In this document: piece after piece, positions 1 through 7,648 of the stretch
Position numbering within the stretch: the first letter of the stretch is position 1
How the letters are laid out: every line of letters begins with the position of its first letter
IMG/VR virus record: IMGVR_UViG_3300029319_000002
Coordinates: 64,001 to 128,000 of that record
DNA from: a virus
DNA length: 64,000 bases
Strand: one strand, 5' to 3'
Position numbers and translations under genes: made by a program
The notes under the pieces: model-generated
What the model was told of the DNA's origin: nothing
The model's database searches: none
The model's input: the letters and a program-made list of their open reading frames with translations, nothing else

Positions 1-1
1 G

Positions 2-118
2 CAAGACGTTACAATCTACGACATACATAGTGATGAACATTATCCTATGAAAGAGTTTGTGTATACAACTGATGCACAAAATGTTCTAGACACTGATCAC
101 CCCATTCTTTCTTTCTGA
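2..118 (+). CDS. 3' end of a hypothetical protein entering from the left edge (QDVTIYDIHSDEHYPM...HPILSF*)
   Basis: Open frame from position 2 to TGA at 116-118, ending 3 nt before the next ATG. Confidence 0.6.
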   Translation, partial: QDVTIYDIHSDEHYPMKEFVYTTDAQNVLDTDHPILSF

Positions 119-121
119 GTT

Positions 122-535
122 ATGGCAACCCGAGCACGAATTGGTATTCAAAATGATGACGGAACTATCCGGTCTGTTTATCACCATTGGGATGGTTATC
201 CTGACTGGTTAGGTAGAGCTTTACGTCAACATTTTAACACCGTTGATAAAGTGAACACACTAATCGATGGGGGTGATATGTCATCATGTTACACAAATTT
301 AGGTTTCAATAATGAAACAAGGGAAACAACTGGACCACTTTACTATTCAGAACGTGGTGAAAATGTTCCTGCAAAAGTAAATACAAATTTTGATAATTAT
401 ATGCAATATAATAATGCAAGTGAGGAATTTTATTACCTTTTCTTGAATGACGAATGGAAGTGTTATTTTCTTAGGGGAGAGATGTCGGGTTACCCAACTT
501 ACACTGAGCAAGTGATACCGGAGGGAGACTTATGA
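122..535 (+). CDS. Conserved phage hypothetical protein (MATRARIG...YHHWDGYP motif)
   Basis: 137-aa ORF with phage-like codon use; its stop overlaps the next ATG. Confidence 0.8.
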   Translation: MATRARIGIQNDDGTIRSVYHHWDGYPDWLGRALRQHFNTVDKVNTLIDGGDMSSCYTNLGFNNETRETTGPLYYSERGENVPAKVNTNFDNYMQYNNASEEFYYLFLNDEWKCYFLRGEMSGYPTYTEQVIPEGDL

Positions 536-717
536 ACCCTGATGATATACAATTAACAGGCATAGCAAAATCTTTTGAATATGAGAAACTATCCCGTGAA
601 ATTGATACAATCAATGATGCAAAAACTTTGAAGCATATGCTGAAATCTTATATTAAATTATTCCTAAAACAACAGGAAACACTAAATTCTATTTCATACA
701 TGAAAATAGATGATTAA
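532..717 (+). CDS. Small helical protein, possibly NblA-like (phycobilisome degradation adaptor)
   Basis: 61 aa; the pattern L-x5-F-x8-I...L-x3-L-x6-Q resembles the NblA helix-loop-helix. Judged by eye only. Confidence 0.4.
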   Translation: MNPDDIQLTGIAKSFEYEKLSREIDTINDAKTLKHMLKSYIKLFLKQQETLNSISYMKIDD

Positions 718-754
718 AGTATGATAAACTATTATGTAAGTTTAAATTACTTTT

Positions 755-946
755 ATGCTCAAACATCTAGACAAAATGTCAGACGAGATGAGGCAATCTT
801 TATCTGAAGATTGTGAGGATTATTTACTCCATCGGCACATTCCTTTGCGTTCACATTCTGCTGAGGATATTATCACTCAGGCAGTGCGTGAGGGTTATCA
901 AATAGAGAAATTTGACCGGTTTATTAACAAACCCCCTGGACAGTGA
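755..946 (+). CDS. Hypothetical protein
   Basis: 63-aa ORF in the co-oriented early cluster. Confidence 0.7.
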   Translation: MLKHLDKMSDEMRQSLSEDCEDYLLHRHIPLRSHSAEDIITQAVREGYQIEKFDRFINKPPGQ

Positions 947-994
947 TTAAAGTGGCACACAGACCCTTGTAGGTGCTCCAAAATCGTGTATTCT
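937..994 (+). promoter_or_regulatory. Dyad-box promoter, copy 1: TGGACA-N10-TGGCAC, then ATCGTG-TATTCT (-10)
   Basis: Same architecture and spacing as the copies at 4402, 4626, 60118 and 62677. Confidence 0.6.
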
Positions 995-1023
995 ATGAGA
1001 GTCAAAGGAACGGAGTTCAAACG

Positions 1024-1275
1024 ATGCAACTGACTTCAAAGGATGGCAACATGGTTGTTGACTTCTATCCCGTCAAATTTGCAACGGGTGAGATTCACAA
1101 TCGTCTGATGCTCAAAGTTGTTACTTTCATGGGTGCAACTCAATCCAAGCGTTACATCAACAAAAAAGATTTTCAGTATGAGTTTGATTCCCGCACTCAT
1201 GGTTATGGTTATGAAGTAACCGACGAATCTATGATTCCGCAGTTGTTCAACTCTGCAATGTGTCTTGCTTGCTGA
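1024..1275 (+). CDS. Hypothetical protein; true start probably ATG 1024 rather than 973
   Basis: The 973 start lies inside the promoter; GGAG precedes ATG 1024. Confidence 0.7.
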   Translation: MQLTSKDGNMVVDFYPVKFATGEIHNRLMLKVVTFMGATQSKRYINKKDFQYEFDSRTHGYGYEVTDESMIPQLFNSAMCLAC

Positions 1276-1321
1276 TGTTGTACCTCCTCTCTATTGTTGT
1301 TATCATCATTTCACTTTTCTC

Positions 1322-1594
1322 ATGACTGACTTCATTTGTGCTTACTTTGGTAAAGGTTCTGATGGTAAAGAATGGACCATCACTGCCCGTGGGTTTGCAT
1401 CACTTAGGCAGGCAGAAAAGCATGGTCTTTACATGATGCCAACTGCTGGAGTTTTAGGGTTTGCTGTTATTTCAGAGAATGAAGAAGCATGGATTCTTTA
1501 CACTGATTACAGTATTCTTCCCCCGAATACTTCTGTGACACAAGATCTAAACGGTTTTAATGTTACAATGGCACCTCAACTTCAGTATATCTGA
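1322..1594 (+). CDS. Hypothetical protein (MTDFICAYFGKG...)
   Basis: ORF-track ORF 1265..1594; internal ATG at 1322 is the more plausible start. Confidence 0.65.
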   Translation: MTDFICAYFGKGSDGKEWTITARGFASLRQAEKHGLYMMPTAGVLGFAVISENEEAWILYTDYSILPPNTSVTQDLNGFNVTMAPQLQYI

Positions 1595-1597
1595 TTC

Positions 1598-1930
1598 ATG
1601 TTCAATTTTACACCTGAAACCACCGAAACCACTGAAACCATGACTTCTGCATCAAATCAAATTTTCTTTGTTCCTTTATCTGAGTGTAAGAATAAAGTTA
1701 TCACAATTTCTTGGAAATTTCCATATCATAAGATCACAAAAGCAGGTGAAGATTATGGGTTCTTTGTTGCCACCAAATCTCAACCTTCGGCACCTGCAAT
1801 ACTTAAGAATCGTACATGGGGATATAAACGTGCTCAGTACAAAGGTTTGAATGGATGGTATGTTTATGTGAAGCAATTTACAAATGGATTTATTCCTGAA
1901 GACTATGTTTATATTGAAGCATCAAAATGA
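1598..1930 (+). CDS. Hypothetical protein; 3 tandem 9-bp CYGAAACCA units (1614-1640) precede an alternative ATG at 1640
   Basis: ORF track plus visible tandem repeat. Confidence 0.65.
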   Translation: MFNFTPETTETTETMTSASNQIFFVPLSECKNKVITISWKFPYHKITKAGEDYGFFVATKSQPSAPAILKNRTWGYKRAQYKGLNGWYVYVKQFTNGFIPEDYVYIEASK

Positions 1931-2214
1931 TTAGTTCTGCATCTTCTACTGATTGGGATGACTTTTGGAGTGGTCCCAATCCCGACAACATTCCCTCTAT
2001 TTTCTCTGACAAAATGACTGCTTCCACTGTGAAAGAAAATGTGATCGATCGTGATGAACTTCAGTCTAATTTGATCAATCAAGTTTTAGATGATATGGAT
2101 CTAAAGACAATGTATGCGTGTTTGTATGATTATATGAGTGAAAGTTATGACAAGTATAGTGTGGATGAACTGATCGAAGAAGTGGAGGAGTATTATCCTG
2201 ATTTGCTTGAATGA
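1927..2214 (+). CDS. Acidic hypothetical protein (start may be ATG 2014)
   Basis: 95-aa ORF overlapping the previous stop. Confidence 0.65.
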   Translation: MISSASSTDWDDFWSGPNPDNIPSIFSDKMTASTVKENVIDRDELQSNLINQVLDDMDLKTMYACLYDYMSESYDKYSVDELIEEVEEYYPDLLE

Positions 2215-2263
2215 GTGTTAAATAGTAAGGTTACAGTTATTATTGTTTTTTTCTAATTAAATT

Positions 2264-2395
2264 ATGACACTTTCTGAATTGCGTTCTCAAATTGACAATG
2301 ATGAAGTCTTTAGTGATTTCATTGAAGTTATTGAAGAGGAAGCAAGCAAATATGAGGTAACGGTTGATTACTATGTCGAAGAATTTATGCTATAA
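2264..2395 (+). CDS. Small acidic hypothetical protein, 43 aa (MTLSELRSQID...EEFML)
   Basis: Read directly from the sequence; below the ORF-track length cutoff. Confidence 0.6.
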   Translation: MTLSELRSQIDNDEVFSDFIEVIEEEASKYEVTVDYYVEEFML

Positions 2396-2433
2396 TCTTT
2401 AACAGAGCACTATACTTTTTCCCGGAGTTTCTC

Positions 2434-2580
2434 ATGACAATCAACAAAAAGGACAAAGATTTTATGACTGCGAGTGATGTTTATGATCTAATTGTTGAAT
2501 TACGTCGTGAGGAAAGGTTCAATCGTGATGATGATTATGAGTGTGTGAATGTTGAAGAGGAGGAATATATTGCAAACTAA
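2434..2580 (+). CDS. Small acidic hypothetical protein, 48 aa (MTINKKDKDF...YIAN)
   Basis: Read directly; GGAG upstream of the ATG. Confidence 0.6.
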   Translation: MTINKKDKDFMTASDVYDLIVELRREERFNRDDDYECVNVEEEEYIAN

Positions 2581-2583
2581 ATA
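2577..2583 (+). promoter_or_regulatory. Late (gp55-type) promoter variant CTAAATA
   Basis: Matches the cyanomyovirus late consensus (A/C)TAAATA and lies about 35 nt before ORF 2620. Confidence 0.45.
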
Positions 2584-2619
2584 TCAACATAATGATGAAT
2601 TGATGGGGAGTCAGACTGG

Positions 2620-3780
2620 ATGATTACATATGAGCAAAGTATCAAGGAAATGAAATTCCTTGCAAGTAATCGTAATTTTTTCCTTGAAGGAAAAGGTGGA
2701 ATTGAATTATTTGGGTATCCATATAGTTCTTATTGGTCAATGCGATCTCAACAAAATTCGATTGAAACATATTGGCCCAATAATGTTTACGGGGTAGCAA
2801 AGAATATAAAGAAGTATATTACGGATGGAACTGGTATCGACGTGAATCAAATGTCTTTACCTGCTGTTACCCGTCATGGAATACATTTTGAGATGTTTAC
2901 ACATAAGGACCTACATCCTTATGAGTTTCCAGAAGGTGATCCAAACGTAGAATTCAACACAGTGTTATCGTGGCCCTCATTTATGGACCCGATTTATGAA
3001 AGAAATGTAGGTAAAGATAAAGTATTACCAACTGCTGCACCTTTTGTGTATTCTTATCATAATTGGAAGAAAGCAAGAGAAGAAGATGGAACACTGGATA
3101 AAGTAAAAAGAAAGGGAACAATCTTCTTCCCTCGTCATTCAACAACGTCTAGGACTGTTGTAACTGATTATAAGAAGATGTGGAGAGATCTAGAGAATCT
3201 CCCTGAAGAAATGAAACCGGTTAAAGTATGTGTATTCCATGCAGATGTTGATCTAGGTGTTGCTGATGATGCTATTGCTAGAGGTTATGAAACCTTCTGT
3301 TGTGGTCTTACAGTAGATCAGAACTTTCACTGGAGAATGATGGATTTATTCGCAGGTGCAAAGTATGCATGTAGTCAGAAGATTACCAGCAATGCAATGT
3401 ATGCAACTCTATGTGGAGTTAATTATTTCTTATTAGATGCAAAGATGAGATATATCAATCAAGATCAATTTACTATCTTAAGAATGAAAGATGGAGAAGA
3501 TCCTGAGAAAGCATTACAACATAAGAGAGAAGTAACTGAACAGTTTAGAGCAATAGATTTAGATGCATTTCCTGAACGATTGAAGACTGCTAGGAGATTA
3601 TTATCAGCAGATCGTAAAGTATCACCAGAGAAGTATCTTACACAGTTGTTAGATCTTTCAGGAAAACATTATTCAGAGAGAACAGCAAAGAGATATGATC
3701 TTATTCATCCTAGTAGAGTACCTTATCCTACTTGTGTGAATCGTATGAAAATGGACGCGGAAAGATTAAAAATGACTTAA
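2620..3780 (+). CDS. Putative glycosyltransferase-like (GT-B type) protein resembling capsule/LPS-locus proteins
   Basis: 386 aa; motifs GTIFFPRHST, PVKVCVFHAD and YACSQKITSNAMYA..GVNYFLL recall surface-polysaccharide locus proteins. Inference. Confidence 0.45.
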   Translation: MITYEQSIKEMKFLASNRNFFLEGKGGIELFGYPYSSYWSMRSQQNSIETYWPNNVYGVAKNIKKYITDGTGIDVNQMSLPAVTRHGIHFEMFTHKDLHPYEFPEGDPNVEFNTVLSWPSFMDPIYERNVGKDKVLPTAAPFVYSYHNWKKAREEDGTLDKVKRKGTIFFPRHSTTSRTVVTDYKKMWRDLENLPEEMKPVKVCVFHADVDLGVADDAIARGYETFCCGLTVDQNFHWRMMDLFAGAKYACSQKITSNAMYATLCGVNYFLLDAKMRYINQDQFTILRMKDGEDPEKALQHKREVTEQFRAIDLDAFPERLKTARRLLSADRKVSPEKYLTQLLDLSGKHYSERTAKRYDLIHPSRVPYPTCVNRMKMDAERLKMT

Positions 3781-3938
3781 AAATACGAGTTTACTTGGAT
3801 CTGAAGGATTGTTGTTCTTTGTTATACTAAACCCCTGCTTTTCTTAGTAATAATGGGGGTTTTGATGTTTTTGTTCTATGTGATACTTGTGTTATGAATT
3901 GATTAAAAAAGGTATAAAAAACATACTTTGAAATGTTG

Positions 3939-3946
3939 TATAAATA
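3939..3946 (+). promoter_or_regulatory. Perfect T4-type late promoter TATAAATA in an AT-rich non-coding region
   Basis: Exact consensus. Confidence 0.55.
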
Positions 3947-3975
3947 TCGTGTTTTTTTGTCTTTAATGTACTCAG

Positions 3976-4012
3976 AAGGTGCTGTGAAGTTACTGTAAAG
4001 GTGCTCTGAAGT
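3976..4012. repeat. Direct repeat AAGGTGCT(G/C)TGAAGT x2 with a 22-bp period
   Basis: Copies at 3976-3990 and 3998-4012, one mismatch. Confidence 0.8.
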
Positions 4013-4096
4013 GTCTGTTTAATTATTCTCTTAATGTCTTATAAATGTGCGGAGTTCTTGTGAGTTTTGCCTGCGAGCAACCGATTGTCAACCCCC

Positions 4097-4125
4097 TTGA
4101 CATCAGACCCGAAAAATATTATAAT
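4097..4125 (+). promoter_or_regulatory. Consensus sigma70-type early promoter TTGACA-N17-TATAAT
   Basis: -35 at 4097-4102 and -10 at 4120-4125. Confidence 0.85.
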
Positions 4126-4152
4126 ATCAGGGAATCGCATAAAACTCTGATG

Positions 4153-4416
4153 AACTCCCAGATCATTGATTACACCTATCAACTATCATTCACCCCAGAA
4201 GAATCATCATGTATTTGTGATCTTGCGATGGATTATGATCAGGGGATCTTATCAGTGTCGTTTCACAGTTCTCCCGATAAAGTATATTTTTATGATGTAA
4301 AAGACAGCAGTGTTTTTGAGTGTTTAGAAGAGGCATCTAAGGACCTGGAAAGATTTTCGATTGGTAAGATTTTCAACTATTATATCACTGATGAAAGTAT
4401 TGTGCCAATCGTATAA
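4153..4416 (+). CDS. KTSC-domain-like small protein (start ATG 4153, downstream of the promoter)
   Basis: YD..ILSV.F...KVYFY.V....F..L..A....SIGK.FN.YI pattern is typical of KTSC domains. Confidence 0.5.
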   Translation, partial: NSQIIDYTYQLSFTPEESSCICDLAMDYDQGILSVSFHSSPDKVYFYDVKDSSVFECLEEASKDLERFSIGKIFNYYITDESIVPIV

Positions 4417-4458
4417 GTGTCACACAATATAGGCACAGGGTCTCAGATCGTGTATTGT
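4402..4458 (+). promoter_or_regulatory. Dyad-box promoter, copy 2: GTGCCA-N10-TGTCAC, then ATCGTG-TATTGT
   Basis: Repeated architecture upstream of ORF 4483. Confidence 0.6.
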
Positions 4459-4482
4459 ATATGAGTTGAGACAATTAACAAC

Positions 4483-4617
4483 ATGTTTGAAGAACTCTGG
4501 TCTGAGATCAATGATGCACCCGGTGAGATTTTTGACATTCCTGAGATGAAAGAATTCAACCAAGATAAGGAGGAGGAAAGCTTCGATAAGATGCTAGAAT
4601 CTTCTGTGGAATTCTAA
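4483..4617 (+). CDS. Small acidic hypothetical protein, 44 aa (MFEELWSEINDAPGEIFDIPE...)
   Basis: Read directly; AACAAC leader and promoter upstream. Confidence 0.7.
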   Translation: MFEELWSEINDAPGEIFDIPEMKEFNQDKEEESFDKMLESSVEF

Positions 4618-4625
4618 AGAGAAAT

Positions 4626-4682
4626 CAGACGGTTCTGGAAGTGTCCACTAATCCCACACAGACCCCCAGAATCGTGTATCTT
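4626..4682 (+). promoter_or_regulatory. Dyad-box promoter, copy 3: CAGACG-N10-TGTCCAC, then ATCGTG-TATCTT
   Basis: Repeated architecture upstream of ORF 4740. Confidence 0.55.
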
Positions 4683-4739
4683 ATAGGAGTGGAGGGGACA
4701 GCACCCCGACACACTACAAACCCTCTCAAATCGTCTCTC

Positions 4740-5060
4740 ATGCGTAAGATCGAACAGCAGATGAACAACGCAGTTTCCAACAACAAAGATTGGCAATCTG
4801 CTAACACTTCTGTTCACTTTGATCCTGAAACTGGTGTCTCTGTGATTCGTCTCCATGGCAATAAGATTGCTGAGGTTGGTGACACTTGGATGCAAATCTG
4901 GGATGGTGGTTGGCAATCTAACACCACAAAGTCCCGTCTGAATGCACTACTTTCTGCCTTCGGAATTGATGGTGAGAAAGTATTTCAAAAGGACTTTCAG
5001 TGGTTCCTGATGCAAGATGGGGGAGCAATTCCTTTCTTCTCCGGTATGCGTCTTGCCTGA
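4740..5060 (+). CDS. Conserved cyanophage-type hypothetical protein (MRKIEQQM...DGGWQSNTTKSRLNA)
   Basis: The ORF-track start at 4641 lies in the promoter; ATG 4740 is the plausible start. Confidence 0.75.
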   Translation: MRKIEQQMNNAVSNNKDWQSANTSVHFDPETGVSVIRLHGNKIAEVGDTWMQIWDGGWQSNTTKSRLNALLSAFGIDGEKVFQKDFQWFLMQDGGAIPFFSGMRLA

Positions 5061-5102
5061 TGTTTGCTGCCTTAAGTAAGAAACGTTCTTTTCTTCTTCA
5101 AA

Positions 5103-5260
5103 CAATGTTCAAGACCATCTGTAAAACTTGCACTCTTATTCTCATTGCCTCTCTTCTCTGGAATAGCAATGATGCCCGAACTTTCACTGCTGACGTTCTC
5201 ACTGATGCAGCAGAGATTGTCCGACCCGAATCTGAAGCATCTCTGAAGATTATCTTCTGA
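5103..5260 (+). CDS. Small hypothetical protein with a hydrophobic N-terminal segment (MFKTICKTCTLILIASLLW...)
   Basis: Part of ORF-track ORF 5000..5260; start approximate (ATG near 5106). Confidence 0.55.
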
Positions 5261-5303
5261 TTCTTATCACTCACTGTTCACCCCTTAATTAACAACAACT
5301 CTA

Positions 5304-5456
5304 ATGCAACTCACTGACACTGCCAAGCAACAACTTCAACTGCAATTCTTTGTATCTTATCTGAACACCTTCGGTGATACTGGTAATGATATTCTGACTG
5401 CCCTGGATGACATCGCATCTGGTGAGGTTGTATGGTTTGACCCTGAGACTATCTGA
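5304..5456 (+). CDS. Small hypothetical protein, 50 aa (MQLTDTAKQQ...FDPETI)
   Basis: Read directly; AACAACAAC leader. Confidence 0.65.
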   Translation: MQLTDTAKQQLQLQFFVSYLNTFGDTGNDILTALDDIASGEVVWFDPETI

Positions 5457-5467
5457 GGTTCACTGAT

Positions 5468-5489
5468 ACTAACCCCTTCGGGGGTTAGT
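5468..5489 (+). terminator. Hairpin ACTAACCCC-TTCG-GGGGTTAGT closing the early cluster
   Basis: 9-bp perfect stem with cUUCGg tetraloop; the U-tract is weak. Confidence 0.7.
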
Positions 5490-5564
5490 GTTACTTACAG
5501 CAGTTATTATTGTTATATTAAAAACAATGGGTCCCCCTAAGCTATAAACGACCCAAATCGACCT

Positions 5565-5744
5565 TTAAATATCTTTCTCTTTAAAAATTTTTTTATGAGA
5601 AATTTCTCCACAAATAGTTGGTTCACAATAAAGGTTTGCTGTCTCTTGATAGTATAACACAACCTCTTCATATTTGCAAGGGGGCACAGAGATTGCTAGG
5701 TCTCTAGAATTAAATGGTCGTTGATTATTTTCAGAGATACTCAT
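5565..5744 (-). CDS. Candidate minus-strand small protein, 59 aa (MSISENNQRPF...KEKDI)
   Basis: Directly downstream of a near-consensus minus-strand promoter (5770-5798), with an AAACAAACT leader. Confidence 0.45.
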   Translation of the reverse strand: MSISENNQRPFNSRDLAISVPPCKYEEVVLYYQETANLYCEPTICGEISHKKIFKEKDI

Positions 5745-5769
5745 AGTTTGTTTTAAACCCAACAGAGTC

Positions 5770-5830
5770 ATTCTACAGGTGAAAACGGAAAGTGTCAAGC
5801 CTTGACTTTAAAAAAATTTCCCAGTAAAAT
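5770..5830. promoter_or_regulatory. Back-to-back sigma70 promoters: minus TTGACA-N17-TAGAAT and plus TTGACT-N17-TAAAAT
   Basis: Minus -35 at 5793-5798 and -10 at 5770-5775; plus -35 at 5802-5807 and -10 at 5825-5830. Confidence 0.7.
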
Positions 5831-5833
5831 TTT

Positions 5834-6058
5834 ATGTCAAAAGGTTTAATGTTAAATATGTCGTTCGAGTTACTCTCACAAATGGACAGCAACAACTGGT
5901 TTCATGTATATGACAAAAGAACTAAAGAATGCATTTACCACTGCTTGACAACAGATCAATTAGAGGTTAAAATCGTAGAGAATCTAGTTAGGTTCAGTGA
6001 TCATGAAATTGAAAAAGTAACAAACAATAGTTGTATCAACATTGACACATCCCAATAA
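5834..6058 (+). CDS. Hypothetical protein (start may be ATG 5858)
   Basis: ORF downstream of the plus promoter. Confidence 0.65.
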   Translation: MSKGLMLNMSFELLSQMDSNNWFHVYDKRTKECIYHCLTTDQLEVKIVENLVRFSDHEIEKVTNNSCINIDTSQ

Positions 6059-6061
6059 ATA
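6055..6061 (+). promoter_or_regulatory. Late promoter ATAAATA
   Basis: Consensus upstream of GGAG and ATG 6084. Confidence 0.6.
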
Positions 6062-6083
6062 CACAGGAGTTGAATTTTAAACA

Positions 6084-6848
6084 ATGGCTAAAGGATTTAC
6101 AGTAAAGGCAGCAAAACCTAAAAGTTCTGATAATGGACTTACTGAAGAAGAACTTGTACAGAAAGGTAGAGAAGTTCTTAAAGGAAAGACTGTAGTATTT
6201 TGTCTACCTGGACGAGGAGTTTCTTATGTCTATCTGAAGAACTTTGTACAGTTATGTTTTGATCTTGTACAGAATCAGACACAGATTCAGATTTCACAAG
6301 ACTATAGTTCAATGGTAAACTTTGCAAGATGTAAGTGTCTTGGTGCAAATGTATTACGTGGACCCGATCAAATTCCTTGGGATGGAAAACTAAATTACGA
6401 TTTCCAACTATGGATTGATAGTGACATTGTGTTTAACACAAACAAGTTGTATCGTATCGCAGCACTTGACAAGGACATTGCATGTGGGTGGTATATGACC
6501 GAAGATGGTCGTACTACCAGTGTTGCCCATTGGTTGGAGGAAGACGATTTCCGTAACAATGGTGGTGTGATGAATCATGAGACTGGAGAGTCCATGAGCA
6601 AACGTAAGAAACCTTTTACAGTTGATTACACTGGTTTTGGATGGACACTGATCAAGAAGGGTGTCTTTGAGAATGAGGGAATGAAGTATCCCTGGTTTGC
6701 TCCCAAGATGCAAGTATTTGAATCAGGAGAGGTCCAAGACATGTGTGGAGAGGATGTAAGTTTTTGTCTTGATGCTATTGAGAGTGGTTTTGAGATTTGG
6801 TGTGATCCTCAGTGTCGTGTAGGGCACGAAAAATCTCGGGTTATCTGA
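6084..6848 (+). CDS. Glycosyltransferase family 2-like (GT-A fold) protein typical of cyanomyoviruses
   Basis: LWIDSDIVF (DxD) motif, TGFGWTLIKKGVFE, GEDVSFC and C-terminal VGHEK. Confidence 0.75.
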   Translation: MAKGFTVKAAKPKSSDNGLTEEELVQKGREVLKGKTVVFCLPGRGVSYVYLKNFVQLCFDLVQNQTQIQISQDYSSMVNFARCKCLGANVLRGPDQIPWDGKLNYDFQLWIDSDIVFNTNKLYRIAALDKDIACGWYMTEDGRTTSVAHWLEEDDFRNNGGVMNHETGESMSKRKKPFTVDYTGFGWTLIKKGVFENEGMKYPWFAPKMQVFESGEVQDMCGEDVSFCLDAIESGFEIWCDPQCRVGHEKSRVI

Positions 6849-6997
6849 TGAACTATGAAATTCGGATTCGTGGTCGTCAGATTTACTCGGGCGACTCGGA
6901 GAATGATTTTTTAGATGTACTTGAAGAATTAGCAGAAGAGTACTACAATACTGGAGATCCTTCTCCAGAGGACATTGAAACTAACATTACGGAGTAA
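6848..6997 (+). CDS. Small acidic hypothetical protein
   Basis: TGATG stop/start overlap with the preceding gene. Confidence 0.65.
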   Translation: MNYEIRIRGRQIYSGDSENDFLDVLEELAEEYYNTGDPSPEDIETNITE

Positions 6998-7003
6998 CTA
7001 ATT

Positions 7004-7147
7004 ATGGCAATGCGCGCACTTAAGAAGGGTGATATTCAAATTGAATCCCTTCCCAAAAAAACTCGTCAAGGTAGTGGTAAGCACACCAAGTATGCTGCCA
7101 CCAGTCGTAACGGTAAAAAGAAACCATATAGAGGTCAAGGACGATGA
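7004..7147 (+). CDS. Small very basic protein, 47 aa (…KKTRQGSGKHTKYAATSRNGKKKPYRGQGR)
   Basis: Read directly; GGAG upstream; a recurring cyanophage-type K/R-rich peptide. Confidence 0.75.
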   Translation: MAMRALKKGDIQIESLPKKTRQGSGKHTKYAATSRNGKKKPYRGQGR

Positions 7148-7626
7148 AGAGTGGAAAGGTATGGGGTATCACCCAATTAGTACACTCCAATAGTTCCTTT
7201 GAGTTTCATCGTATTGAAGCAAAAGCAGGTGGACAATGTTCCAAGCATAAACATAAGCATAAGTGGAATGGTTTCTTTGTAGAGAGTGGGTCACTTAAGG
7301 TTCGTATTTGGAAAGAAACTTCTTCATTACTAGCTGGTGATTCAACACACGTAGATGAGACTGAATTAGGTCCAGGAGACTTTCTAATGGTTAAACCGAC
7401 CGAATACCACCAGTTTGAAGCAATAGAGGATACGGTGGCATTTGAACTGTATTGGGCAGAGTTTAATCATGATGATATTGTTCGTGAAGATCATGGACGA
7501 ATGAAGTCTAATTTTATTTCTTATCAGATTCCTGAATACAGTGGTGATTATGATCTGAGTGCAGGATGTTTAACTCTGAGTGGTATGAGCATCTCCACAT
7601 TTGGTAATAATAATTTTGATGTATAG
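7144..7626 (+). CDS. Cupin-fold protein (sugar isomerase / mannose-6-phosphate isomerase-like)
   Basis: SKHKHKHKWNGFFVESGSLKV and GDFLMVKPTEYHQF cupin motifs. Confidence 0.7.
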   Translation: MKSGKVWGITQLVHSNSSFEFHRIEAKAGGQCSKHKHKHKWNGFFVESGSLKVRIWKETSSLLAGDSTHVDETELGPGDFLMVKPTEYHQFEAIEDTVAFELYWAEFNHDDIVREDHGRMKSNFISYQIPEYSGDYDLSAGCLTLSGMSISTFGNNNFDV

Positions 7627-7648
7627 ATAGTATAACTATCTTAATATT

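Noticed and set aside
4045-4152. ORF-track N-terminal extensions (also at 973, 4641, 55852 and 60178)
   Set aside because: They overlap promoter elements; downstream ATGs with leaders are the more plausible starts.
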